The notes under the pieces: model-generated
Seen by the model: only the letters and a program-made list of their open reading frames with translations
Told to the model about the DNA's origin: nothing
Databases searched by the model: none
Part shown: positions 48,551 to 59,441 of the stretch, piece after piece
Position numbering within the stretch: the stretch's first letter is position 1
Layout of the letters: every line of letters begins with the position of its first letter
Source of the DNA: an uncultured delta proteobacterium
GTDB lineage: Bacteria > Desulfobacterota > Desulfobaccia > Desulfobaccales > 0-14-0-80-60-11
Length of the DNA: 64,000 nucleotides
NCBI GenBank assembly: GCA_963812015.1
Contig: CAWETI010000002.1
Span: forward strand, 1,248,001 to 1,312,000
Reading direction: 5' to 3'
Program-made: the position numbers and the translations under genes

Positions 48551-49900
48551 ATGACAGAAGCCCCGGCGCACATTCTGGTGATCGACGATGACAAAGCCAT
48601 GCGGGACGCCTGTTTCCAAATCCTCTCCCGGCAGGGGTTCCGGGTGGCGTTGGCCGCCAGCGCCCGCCAGGGCCTTTCCCTGCTGGAGCGCATGTCCTTC
48701 GATGCCATTCTCCTGGACCTGGTCATGCCCGACATGGACGGTCTGGAAGCCCTGAAGAAAATCAAGGCGTTGGACCCTGATATCGAAGTCATTATCATTA
48801 CCGGCTATGGCACCATCCAGTCCGCGGTGGAATCCATCAAGGCCGGGGCCTTCCATTTCCTCTCCAAGCCTTTCGTCCCGGATGACCTGAGAAACCTGGT
48901 GGGCCGGGCCCTGGAAAAGCGGCGGATGGACCTGGAGAACCTTTACCTGCGCCAGGAACTGAAGACCAAAGATGAGCGCAATGTTCTGGTCTATGAGAGC
49001 GAACCCATGGTCCGGATCATGGACATGATTGCCCGGGTGGCCCCCACGGACAGCACCGTGCTCATCACCGGCGAATCCGGCACCGGCAAGGGATTGGTGG
49101 CCAGCAAGATTCATCAGTTGAGTCAGCGGTCCCGGCGACCCTTCATCACCGTCGATTGCGGCACCCTGGTGGAGACCCTGTTCGAGAGCGAACTTTTTGG
49201 GCACGTGAAGGGATCGTTCACCGGCGCCGACGCCAACAAGATCGGCAAATTCGAACTGGCCCAGAACGGCACCCTGTTCTTTGACGAAATCAGCAACATC
49301 GGCCTTGAGGTCCAGGCCAAGTTGCTCCGGGCGGTGGAAGAGCGCAAGATCTCCAAGGTGGGCAGCCACCGGGTGATCACCGTGGATGTGCGCATCATCG
49401 CCGCCACCAATAAAGATCTCACCAAGGCCATCAAGGACGGCACGTTCCGGGAAGATTTGTTTTACCGCCTCAATGTCGTCCTGATCCGCATGCCGACGTT
49501 AAGGGAACGGAAAAGCGATATTCCCTTGCTGGTCCACCACTTTTTAGAAAAGTACAATACCCGCCTGCGGAAAGACATCCGGGGCATCTCCCCGGATGCC
49601 CTGGACCTTATGATTAGCCATGACTGGCCCGGCAATGTGCGGGAGTTGGAGAATACCATGGAGCGCCTGGTGGTCTTGAGCTCGGGCTCGTATCTGGAGC
49701 CCGCCGACCTGGTCTTTGCCGGCACCATCCTGACCCCCGCCGCCGAATCCTCCGAAGGCGGCTCCCTCAAGGACCTGGAACGGGACCACATCATCCAAAC
49801 CCTCCAGCGCTACGACGGCCACAAGAGCGAAACCGCCCGGGCCCTGGGCATCGACCGAAAGACCCTCCGGGAGAAGTTGAAGCGGTATAATATTGAATGA
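48551..49900 (+). CDS. sigma54-dependent response regulator (REC-AAA+-Fis)
   Basis: IDDD/LLD receiver, GESGTGK, ESELFGH, GSFTGA, WPGNVREL and HTH; TTGACA-17-TAGTAT promoter at 48464-48492. Confidence 0.95.
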   Translation: MTEAPAHILVIDDDKAMRDACFQILSRQGFRVALAASARQGLSLLERMSFDAILLDLVMPDMDGLEALKKIKALDPDIEVIIITGYGTIQSAVESIKAGAFHFLSKPFVPDDLRNLVGRALEKRRMDLENLYLRQELKTKDERNVLVYESEPMVRIMDMIARVAPTDSTVLITGESGTGKGLVASKIHQLSQRSRRPFITVDCGTLVETLFESELFGHVKGSFTGADANKIGKFELAQNGTLFFDEISNIGLEVQAKLLRAVEERKISKVGSHRVITVDVRIIAATNKDLTKAIKDGTFREDLFYRLNVVLIRMPTLRERKSDIPLLVHHFLEKYNTRLRKDIRGISPDALDLMISHDWPGNVRELENTMERLVVLSSGSYLEPADLVFAGTILTPAAESSEGGSLKDLERDHIIQTLQRYDGHKSETARALGIDRKTLREKLKRYNIE

Positions 49901-50071
49901 GGTTGGGGTATCGAGAACAGCAACATGACGATAGATACTCAGGAAACAAAAGCTAACTTACCCAGAAATAATTAAGATCGAGACTCAAATCTCGAATTTC
50001 GTTACAATCTTCTTAGAAATTGCGTCTAATCGCGCTTACCAGACCGGGGGCCGAGGTTCGAAAGGAATGCT

Positions 50072-50893
50072 ATGTCGCCACTGCATGAACGAGGTTATTT
50101 AAGCACGGATATCGTGAGTTGGATTGAAAAACATCGGGCCGAGAACCAGGAATGGTTTGATCTCGCCGAAGATGTCAACCTTTTTGCACATAAAACTATG
50201 TATGACTTTTCAATACCTAAAAGCTCAGCTAAGCATCTACTCGTTTCGACTGCATATATCCGGTGCCTTAGTCAATATCAGGGCGCAATTTTGCTCGTTG
50301 AACGCGGCATGATTTATGAGGCGGCGACCTTAACAAGGGGACTCATGGAAACTCTATTTGTGCTTTGCGCCGCCGCTAAAAATTCAGAATTCGCGTTGCA
50401 GTATATAGACTCTAACGAACTGAAAAAACTTGACCTTGTAAGCAAGATGCTGCTTGCAAGCGAGTCTATCAGGGAGATTATCGAGGGAACGATTACCGAA
50501 GATGAAATTAAGAAGAAGCGTCAAGAGCTCAAGGCAAAAGGCATTCGAGATTTTACGATTGCAGAAGTAGCTGAAAAGGCAGATTTGATTGACTATCACA
50601 GAACCAACTATTCGTTCTTTAGTCTCATAGCAGCTCATCCTACCCCTAATAGTTTGGATAAGTATTTTGAGGCTGGTCCTAACGGAGAAGCTCTGAGTCT
50701 GTTGTGGGGTCCTGACGTTGAGGGCGTCAGCAGGATTCTATCAGTAGCGATTGAGAGCTCTATTATTGCCATAGAACGAGTAGGCGAAATCTTTGAGCAG
50801 CCGTGGCAGCAGCAGATTGAAGCATTCAAAAACAAATTCCGCAATCTTGGCGAGCAGATATCAGATTTCTCCATAGGCCACAAACACACCTAA
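50072..50893 (+). CDS. DUF5677-like hypothetical protein, low GC
   Basis: RGLME and Y..FS…AHP pattern; markedly lower GC than its neighbours. Confidence 0.6.
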   Translation: MSPLHERGYLSTDIVSWIEKHRAENQEWFDLAEDVNLFAHKTMYDFSIPKSSAKHLLVSTAYIRCLSQYQGAILLVERGMIYEAATLTRGLMETLFVLCAAAKNSEFALQYIDSNELKKLDLVSKMLLASESIREIIEGTITEDEIKKKRQELKAKGIRDFTIAEVAEKADLIDYHRTNYSFFSLIAAHPTPNSLDKYFEAGPNGEALSLLWGPDVEGVSRILSVAIESSIIAIERVGEIFEQPWQQQIEAFKNKFRNLGEQISDFSIGHKHT

Positions 50894-51056
50894 CAACAGG
50901 GCTAACATTTTTCTAAAAATTACTCTGGTTGTCATAGATCCTATAGAGGAAGGTCCATTACTTATAACAGACTCTCTGCTTACAAAGATAACTAAACGCA
51001 ATTTCTTTAGACTTCCGTGGCTCCAAGGCCTCGTCCTGATCTATGGGGCCGGGGTC

Positions 51057-53240
51057 ATGGTGGCCCAGGTCCTGATCCTCCGGGAGCTTCTGGTCCTGGC
51101 CCAGGGCCAAGAGCTGAAGCTGGCCCTGGGGTTATGGTGCTGGCTGCTGTGGGCCGGGTTGGGCAGCCTGGCGGGAGGCCGTCTGCATGGCCCCAAAGTG
51201 GAGCCGGGCCGTCTGGGCGGGTTGTTGGCGCTGCTGGGGCTGCTCCTGCCGGCTACCATCCTGGCGAGCCGGTCCCTGCCCAGTCTGGCGAACCTGCCCC
51301 TGGGCCAGTCATTGCCCCTGTCCACCTCCTTCCTGCTGTTTCTGACCCTACTGGCCCCCTTCGGGCTGGTTTCCGGCTACTTTTTCCCGGGCGCCGTCCA
51401 GGTCTTAAGGCCCGGGGCTCCCGAGAGGGCCGCCGGCCGAACCTACTGTCTGGAAAGCCTGGGAGCGGCCCTGGGGGTGGCGCTGCTCCAGCTTGTGCTG
51501 GTGGGCCGCTATGCCAACCTGAGCCTGGGCCTGGCCGTCGGCCTCTTGCTGGCCCTGGCGCCCTGGTTCCTGGCCCGTCCCCGCTCCGTGCCGGCTCGGG
51601 CCGCATTAACCTTGAATCTCCTGGTCCTGGCCGCGGCGATGATTTTTGCTCCCCGGTTGGACCTGGCCAGCCGGAGCTGGGAATGGCCCGGCCGGCAGGT
51701 AATCGCCACCGCGGACAGCCCCTACGCCCTCTTATCCGCCAGCCGGGAAGCGGAGCAAATCAGCTTTTTTGCCAATAACCTCTGGCAGTTCACCTATCCC
51801 GATCCCCTGACCGCCGAACACCAGGTCCAGTTGGGCCTGCTGGAACATCCCCAGCCCCGGCGGGTGCTCCTCCTGGGGGGCGGGGTGGCCGGTTTGGGGG
51901 CGGAGATTCTCAAGACCCGCACTATTACGCACCTGGATTACGTGGAACTGGACCCCTATCTGGTGCGGCTGGCCCAGGAACTCCTGCCCGCCGATACCGG
52001 GCTGGCGCGGCATCCCCGGGTCCGCCTCATTTACCAGGATGCCCGCCGGTATCTCGAGACCACCCCTAACCGCTATGACGTCATCCTCATGGCGCTACCG
52101 GAACCCCGCAACGCCCAGTTGAACCGCTTCTACACCCGGGAATTTTTCCGCACCGTGGCTGGGAAGCTGGCGCCCGGAGGGGTCTTCAGCTTTGCCCTGA
52201 CCGGGGCCGAGACCAGCCTGTCCCCCCTGCGGGCCGCTTATCTGGCCATGGCCTATAATACCCTGGGTCAGGTCTTCCCGGAGGTGGCGGCCTTCCCGGG
52301 CGGCCAGGTGCGGTTTTTCGCGTCCCCCGGCCCCGGCGTCCTCACCACCGATCCTGAGGTCCTGGTGCGGCGGCTTCAAGCCCGCGGGCTGCAGTTGCAG
52401 TATGTCCGGGAATATTATCTCCTCCAGGACCTCTCCCCCTGGCGCCGGCAGTATCTCAACCAGGTTCTGAGCCAGCCGCCCCCGGAGATCAATACCGATC
52501 TGAACCCCAGGTGCTACTTTTTCGACCTGGTGTTGAGCACCGTCCAGGAAGGGCTGGGGGTCAAGGAAGCCCTCCTCGCCTTCCAGAAACTGCCGCCGGC
52601 GCTCCCCTGGGCGGCCCTGGTTTTGGCTACCCTGCTGGCGGGGGTCGCCCTCCGCCGCCGCCCCGGTCTCACCTTCCTGTACCAGGTGGTGGTGATGGGG
52701 CTGGGCACCATGGCCCTGGAAATCCTGGTGCTCGTCCTGTACCAGATTAAACTGGGTTCCCTCTACCAGGAACTGGGGGTGCTCATCGCGGCCTTTATGG
52801 CCGGGATGGCGGCCGGCAGTGCAGCGGGCACCCATTGGGGCGGCCGCCTCCGGGGCGGGGCCCGGTTCCTGGCGGGGCTGCAAGGGGGGCTGGCGATTCT
52901 GGCTGGGGCACTGGCCCTGGGGTTGAAATGGGGCGTCTCGTGGCCGGCTTCCGGGTGGGAGTTCTCCACCCGGGCGGGATATGTTCTGGTCCTGGTGGTG
53001 GCGGGGTTTGGCGGCGGCGGCGTCTTTGCCCTCAGCGCCGCCCTCTGGCAGGCAATCCAGCCGGAAGCCCGGGGCCAGGGCGGAAAGCTTTACGCCGCGG
53101 ACCTTTTGGGCGCCACCCTGGGGACCCTGGGGGTCAGCCTGTTGGTCCTACCGGTGTGGGGTATCATACCGGCTCTCTGGTTGGTGACGTTTCTCCATGC
53201 CGGGGCCGCGGTGATGGCGCTCCTGGCTCCGAGATCCTGA
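51057..53240 (+). CDS. Membrane-embedded spermidine-synthase-like protein (fused TM plus SAM-binding domain)
   Basis: RRVLLLGGG, YVELDP, DARRYL, YDVI, NRFYTREFF, INTDLNP and YAADLLGA motifs. Confidence 0.85.
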   Translation: MVAQVLILRELLVLAQGQELKLALGLWCWLLWAGLGSLAGGRLHGPKVEPGRLGGLLALLGLLLPATILASRSLPSLANLPLGQSLPLSTSFLLFLTLLAPFGLVSGYFFPGAVQVLRPGAPERAAGRTYCLESLGAALGVALLQLVLVGRYANLSLGLAVGLLLALAPWFLARPRSVPARAALTLNLLVLAAAMIFAPRLDLASRSWEWPGRQVIATADSPYALLSASREAEQISFFANNLWQFTYPDPLTAEHQVQLGLLEHPQPRRVLLLGGGVAGLGAEILKTRTITHLDYVELDPYLVRLAQELLPADTGLARHPRVRLIYQDARRYLETTPNRYDVILMALPEPRNAQLNRFYTREFFRTVAGKLAPGGVFSFALTGAETSLSPLRAAYLAMAYNTLGQVFPEVAAFPGGQVRFFASPGPGVLTTDPEVLVRRLQARGLQLQYVREYYLLQDLSPWRRQYLNQVLSQPPPEINTDLNPRCYFFDLVLSTVQEGLGVKEALLAFQKLPPALPWAALVLATLLAGVALRRRPGLTFLYQVVVMGLGTMALEILVLVLYQIKLGSLYQELGVLIAAFMAGMAAGSAAGTHWGGRLRGGARFLAGLQGGLAILAGALALGLKWGVSWPASGWEFSTRAGYVLVLVVAGFGGGGVFALSAALWQAIQPEARGQGGKLYAADLLGATLGTLGVSLLVLPVWGIIPALWLVTFLHAGAAVMALLAPRS

Positions 53241-53582
53241 ATGGTCCTCCGGTGGCGCCCAGGGGACAAGGCAACCGTAACTATCTTAATGAACAGATAA
53301 TTTTTCTGACATCGCCCTTTCTTCCTGCCCTGGCCGGCAACGTCTTGTCCCCTGACTTAAAAAACTTCATTGAGATTATAGTTTATAGGTATTTTTCGCG
53401 ATTGTGCTTCTTGAAAAAAATGATTAAACTAAAACTGAATGATGGTGAAGGTGGAAAGGTAGGTTCCTTTGCATCGAACCTGGCTCTTCCCCGGAGGCTG
53501 AGACCAAGGCCCCGGGCCGGTAATTGTCCATGCGCTAAAGGCCGATCGGGGGGTCACGCGGGGGATTCGGGAGACAGGCACG

Positions 53583-53738
53583 ATGGCCATGATCGCCTTT
53601 TATGCCGGTTTATTCATTGGTATTCTGTTGGGATTCTTACTCTCCTCTCTTTTGCCCTTTTCCCTGGCCGGAAGTGAGCCCGGGGAGCTGCCCGGCGAAG
53701 CCGAGGGGTATTCCCAGGCAGACCCCCTGGAGCCTTAA
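53583..53738 (+). CDS. Small single-TM protein (51 aa)
   Basis: Not in the ORF track. GGAG RBS; MAMIAFYAGLFIGILLGFLLSSLL…; resembles the N-terminus of the next ORF. Confidence 0.55.
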   Translation: MAMIAFYAGLFIGILLGFLLSSLLPFSLAGSEPGELPGEAEGYSQADPLEP

Positions 53739-54033
53739 ACCGGGGTGACCGCCATTCTCAGGTCTTCTCACCTTTCAATTTTCGGCGCGGGGATGGCGGT
53801 CCCCGGAGCTTAAAGCACCTATCCAGAGAATAGCTGCTCCCATCAATTTTCCTTGTGGCCCCTGCCATCGGGTTCCGGTGATCGAGGCTGATTCGCCATT
53901 TCCCTGACAAAAAAAGGTTTTTCCCCCATGGAAATTAGGGTTTTAGGGGATAGGTTTTTTTTGCGCGATGTACTATCTAAAGCATTGAAGACCGTACCGC
54001 ATTCAAGGAAAAAGGCATTCCAGGAGGGACACC

Positions 54034-54330
54034 ATGGGAACAATGATTTTTGGGGCGGGGACCCTGTTTGGCGTATTCCTGGGAGTAGTGTTTATTTCTC
54101 TGTTGGGTATGGCCCAAAAGGCTGACAAGGTCTATGACTGGCTGGATCCTGGCGAGGCCAAGGCCACTCCGGAGGATACTTACTATTTCCTCCCATCAGC
54201 AACCAGTTTGCCGACCGGCCGGGGAGAAGGCTGGCCGCCAAAAGATCCGGATGGGTTGCAGCCCGGGAAAGGGAGGATAAATCATGCCGGCATGCCCCGG
54301 CTGCGGGTTCTCCGGGGGGCGGACCTTTAG
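54034..54330 (+). CDS. Small protein with an N-terminal TM helix
   Basis: GGAGG RBS; MGTMIFGAGTLFGVFLGVVFISLLGMAQKAD…. Confidence 0.6.
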   Translation: MGTMIFGAGTLFGVFLGVVFISLLGMAQKADKVYDWLDPGEAKATPEDTYYFLPSATSLPTGRGEGWPPKDPDGLQPGKGRINHAGMPRLRVLRGADL

Positions 54331-54584
54331 GGGACCAGCCGGGGGAAATAGTCCCGGCCTGCTTGTCTTCCGGCTAGATGGACTGCGGTAAAAATATCTT
54401 CCAACCTGGTCTGATGGGGATCAAAACGCATCGTAAACAGGTCCTCCTGGGAGTCATAGGCCACTGACACGTTGCCGGGGAGGGTGGTAATGGCGGCGCA
54501 CACGGCGTCAGGACAGCCGCTTCACACGAACCCGCCTTGCTGCACCATGCCAGCCACCCGGAATTTGAGGTTACTGAGATTCAT
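54327..54584 (-). CDS. Heavy-metal-associated (HMA)-like candidate selenoprotein with a UxxC motif (in-frame UGA at 54522-54524)
   Basis: GGAGG RBS; MNLSNLKFRVAGMVQQGGFV-U-SG-C-PDAVCAAITTLPGNVSVAYDSQEDLFTMRFDPHQTRLEDIFTAVHLAG…; frame stays open 64 codons past the UGA. Confidence 0.75.
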
Positions 54585-55003
54585 GGGGAGCCCTCCACCT
54601 GTCTGGTCCTCCCAGCGCCCCAGGCGTTAAGTCGGGCCGACAAGTTTCTCTCAATAGTACTACATAGTCTCCCATCGAGCATCACCCTTCCGCAATTCAG
54701 CCACGTTGAACCCGCCGGCGACTCCGGTAGGTTTCGGACCGCCCTTGCGGACGGGAAAACCGTGACTATCCTTTACCCAGAAGGAGATACCGGGGCTGCA
54801 TCTCGGGAGAATAAGCCGCGATTCTTGCGAGTCCCGGCGCCCACAGAAAGAAGTGCGCCTGTCCTGCTGCCCAGGGGCCTGAACTCATCAGGCTCATTGA
54901 CAATCCTCTCCGGGTGTGGCATGAAAACTGGGCGGCAGCGGTAAAGCGTGATGGATGGTAACGCTCTTCCAGCCAGCCCCGGAGGGAATCGTCAGGAGAA
55001 AGC

Positions 55004-55372
55004 ATGATGCGCCTAATCTTCGGGCTGGGGTTGGCCGGGATGCTGGTTCTGAGCGGCTGTGCCAATCCAGGGCTGAGAAATGATCGCCCGGCAGGACAAC
55101 CGCAGGCGGAACGGGTGGCCTCCCCGGCCGCCAGGGAGCTGCGGGTGGGATTGACCACCCAGGAGGTCCGGGCCATGCTGGGTGAGCCCGATGACCTGAT
55201 GATCTACTCCGGGGAGGGGGCCCCGGAGCGCTGGAAATATTATCATTGCCCTGACTGCGTGCCGCAACTGGACCCCAGCACTCCCACCACCGAACTGGTG
55301 TTTGTGGGTGGGCGCCTGCAAAAATGGGTGAAGGAAAAGAAACCTCCCAAGGAGGCTGCCGAACCTCAGTAA
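55004..55372 (+). CDS. Lipoprotein, SmpA/OmlA(BamE)-like
   Basis: LSGC lipobox; LRVGLTTQEVRAMLGEPD…WKY…LVF. Confidence 0.7.
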   Translation: MMRLIFGLGLAGMLVLSGCANPGLRNDRPAGQPQAERVASPAARELRVGLTTQEVRAMLGEPDDLMIYSGEGAPERWKYYHCPDCVPQLDPSTPTTELVFVGGRLQKWVKEKKPPKEAAEPQ

Positions 55373-55626
55373 AGGGTAAGCCACATGCTCTCCGGCGCCA
55401 GGCGGAGGTGTGGCCGGCGAGGCTGGTTGGACAATTAATACCGGGCATGATCGTGAACTGGGGAAGGGTGTCGGGGAATTCCGGTGGCGCACTTTCCCCG
55501 GCGTGCATTTTTTTCTTTACCTCAGACGGGATTTTATTTATTATTTTAGATAAATAAGCTTATCGGCGATCGAGTTGCCCGACCCGCACAGAGGGTTAGG
55601 CGCGCGCCATCAAGGAGTGGAGCGGG

Positions 55627-55902
55627 ATGAACAAGTCGCAACTCATCGAAGCTCTGGCCAAAGCTGAGAATATAACCTTGAAAAAGGCGGAAATGGTGGT
55701 CAACGCCGTTTTTGAGAACATGGCGGATGCTCTGGTGCAGAAAGAACGCATCGAAATTCGCGGTTTTGGCAGTTTCAAGGTAAAATTCTACAACGGCTAT
55801 AAAGGCCGCAACCCCAAGACCGGCGATCTCATCAAGGTAGATGGCAAGAAATTGCCCTTTTTCAAGGTGGGAAAAGAACTGCGGGAACGCGTCGATCGCT
55901 GA
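55627..55902 (+). CDS. ihfB: Integration host factor beta subunit / HU family
   Basis: MNKSQLIE, RIEIRGFGSF, GRNPKTG and PFFKVGKELRERV motifs. Confidence 0.9.
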   Translation: MNKSQLIEALAKAENITLKKAEMVVNAVFENMADALVQKERIEIRGFGSFKVKFYNGYKGRNPKTGDLIKVDGKKLPFFKVGKELRERVDR

Positions 55903-55917
55903 GCCGTTTTTTTGAGA

Positions 55918-56190
55918 CCTGGCCGTGCTAGATGGGGAGCTAGCGGTGCCCTGTAACCCGAAAACCGCTTATGCGGGATTGAATTCCCTCTTTGAGGATT
56001 GCAGCGCTGCCGTTGACTGCTGACCAGGGCGGCGGATTGGACCCTGCGCAACAGACGCTTGTGAACCCCGTCAGGTCCGGAAGGAAGCAGCGGTAAACAA
56101 GGCGGTTTGTGTCGCGGTGGCTGCTAATCCATAAACCCCCTGGCAGAGGTCCTCGGTTGTGGCGGATTCGAGGGAGGGTGTACGGCCAGG
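55918..56190 (+). ncRNA. ffs: SRP RNA, large (Alu-domain-containing) bacterial form
   Basis: 5' GCCGTGCTA..GGGGAG.TAGCGGTGCCCTGTA (Bacillus scRNA-like Alu domain); helix 8 TCAGGTCCGGAAGGAAGCAGC; terminal helix CCTGGCCGTG/TACGGCCAGG. Confidence 0.93.
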
Positions 56191-56383
56191 CTGTTTTTCT
56201 CCGCGGTATTTCCGGGTATTTTCCTCAAAAACTCCTCGAGTTCCTGACTTCCAGGGGCCTGCCCGACGTCGATCCCCCAAAGGGCCGCTTTCGGGCCCGG
56301 GGCCGGATCACCCACCCTCCCAGGCGTAAAGGCATGCGGCTGGCCGGGAAGTCCCTCGCCCCCGCCTGCCACCCGGAGTTAAG

Positions 56384-56980
56384 ATGGCAAACCTTTCGGT
56401 AATTCTGGCTCATCCCCGGCACGGCAGCTTTAATCACGCCATCGCGGCCACGGCGGTGCAGACTTTGGAGACCCAGGGGCATGAGGTGTGGTTCCATGAC
56501 CTCTACATGGAAAACTTCGACCCCGTGCTGCTCTCACCCGAACTCGAGGGGGAGGCCTATCTGCACCCGGACCTTTCCCAGCACTGCCGGGAGATCGCCC
56601 AGGCCCAAGGCATCGTCATCGTCCATCCCAACTGGTGGGGGCAACCGCCGGCCATCTTAAAGGGCTGGGTGGATCGGGTGCTCCGGCCGGAGGTGGCCTA
56701 CCGGTTTTTGGAGGGGGATAACGGCGACGGCGTCCCGGTGGGGTTGCTCCAGGCCAAGGCCGCAATGGTGTTCACCACCTCCAACACTCCCCGGGAGCGG
56801 GAACTGGCAGTCTTTGGCGACCCTCTGGAAACCCTCTGGAAAAACTGCATCTTTGGGTTGTGCGGCGTGCCGCTCTTTTTCCGGAAAAATTTCGCGGTGA
56901 TGGTGACCAGCACCCCCGCTCAGCGGCAGGCCTGGCTGGAGGAAGTCCGGGAGACGCTGTGCATCTTCACCCCGGCCTGA
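56384..56980 (+). CDS. NAD(P)H-dependent quinone oxidoreductase (flavodoxin-2 fold)
   Basis: AHPRHGSFN, DLY and PNWWGQPPAILKGWVDRV motifs. Confidence 0.9.
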   Translation: MANLSVILAHPRHGSFNHAIAATAVQTLETQGHEVWFHDLYMENFDPVLLSPELEGEAYLHPDLSQHCREIAQAQGIVIVHPNWWGQPPAILKGWVDRVLRPEVAYRFLEGDNGDGVPVGLLQAKAAMVFTTSNTPRERELAVFGDPLETLWKNCIFGLCGVPLFFRKNFAVMVTSTPAQRQAWLEEVRETLCIFTPA

Positions 56981-57245
56981 TCTTAGCGTGCCCCTGCGGG
57001 TCGGGGGCCGGTCTTCCCGGGACCAAGGGTTTGCCGGGGATCTCTGGGGCCTTACGATACCGGTAGGGTCTCACATGGCTATGGTAACCCTATCAAATAT
57101 CCTTCATTTGGTTTTAAACCCCGAATAAATAGCGCCACCCCGAATAAATAAAACATATATCCCGGAAATTCAAGATACCTTGCCAAACGGAAAAGAAGGG
57201 AGCAGGGACATCGGCAACAGGCTCCCCAGGCCGCGGCTAGCATAG

Positions 57246-57857
57246 TTAAAGCTTCAGAATGGGCAGCAGGTCCAGGTGGGTGTTAAGGTGGTAGCGGGCT
57301 TGCAGTCCCGGGTTTTTGTAAGCTGCGAAGGGGACCCCGGCGGCCGCGGCCACTTCCTGGTCCAGGGCCGCGTCGCCGATGTACAGGGCCTCTTCCGGCT
57401 TTAGGCGGAAGTGGCTGAGAATGGTGGCGAGGCACTCCGGGTGGGGTTTGGGCCGGGTGACGTCATAGGCCGAAATGGTCAGGTCGAAGAGGTCTGCCAG
57501 GCCCAGATTCCGGAGCACCAGGGGCAGGCTTTTGCCCCGGTTGGTGGCGATGGCGGTCAGGTAACGGGACCGAAGCCGGATGAGCACCTCCCGGATGTGA
57601 GGTTCCAGCCGGATGAGGAGGAGAAACGGGTCGTTGTTGATGGTCCGCTGATACGCCTGGGCCTCGTCCCGGCCGGGGTGGCCCTGGAAAAGAAAGTCGA
57701 TGGCCCCCTGGGCAGTGCTGACGTGGACCACCTCCAACTGCGCCTGGGTCAGGGTCGGCAACCCGAAGCGGCCCAGGATGTGATTGTAGAAGGCCTGGTT
57801 GGATTCCCGGGAATCGATCAGGACCCCGTCGCAGTCGTAAATGATCACCTGCAACAC
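57246..57857 (-). CDS. HAD family hydrolase
   Basis: DCDGVLIDS, ATNR, KPHPE and IGDAALD motifs. Confidence 0.9.
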   Translation of the reverse strand: MLQVIIYDCDGVLIDSRESNQAFYNHILGRFGLPTLTQAQLEVVHVSTAQGAIDFLFQGHPGRDEAQAYQRTINNDPFLLLIRLEPHIREVLIRLRSRYLTAIATNRGKSLPLVLRNLGLADLFDLTISAYDVTRPKPHPECLATILSHFRLKPEEALYIGDAALDQEVAAAAGVPFAAYKNPGLQARYHLNTHLDLLPILKL

Positions 57858-57926
57858 AGTGCAATCCCTAACTTAACTAGTGGTGTGTTTCATAATTAAG
57901 GTGACACGGGAAAAGCAGGTTTTTTA

Positions 57927-58007
57927 CCCCCCTTTCCTAAAGGGGGGCAGGGGGATTTTTTAAGAGCTTGAAATCCCCCTAACTCCCCCTTTTTCAAAGG
58001 GGGACTT
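57927..58007. repeat. Pair of CCCCCTTT..AAAGGGGG palindromic repeats
   Basis: Same family as 61906-62000 (AAATCCCCCTAAnTCCCCCTTTT.CAAAGGGGGAC). Confidence 0.75.
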
Positions 58008-58146
58008 AACCTGGCAAGTCCGGTGCTCCATGCCTGCTTTTATGTCCATCTATACTCATTGTCAAAAGTTTTTTCTTATTCACCCCTCACCCTGACCCTT
58101 GTATGTTAAAGGGAACCGGTACATAGTTTGGTCATTAAAGAACCAG

Positions 58147-59269
<1,123 letters not shown>

Positions 59270-59441
59270 CATCTAACACAGTCGCTCTCCCCCATTGGGG
59301 GAGAGGGGAATAAAAGGAAAGAACTTTTGGCAATCGCTATAATTATGAAACGCTTCACTATCTATCAGCAGTCAGCTTTCAGCAAAACCTTTGGATTGGC
59401 GCCGGCGTCTCAGGTGGAGTGCGCCCCGGGCGCCTTTCCTT

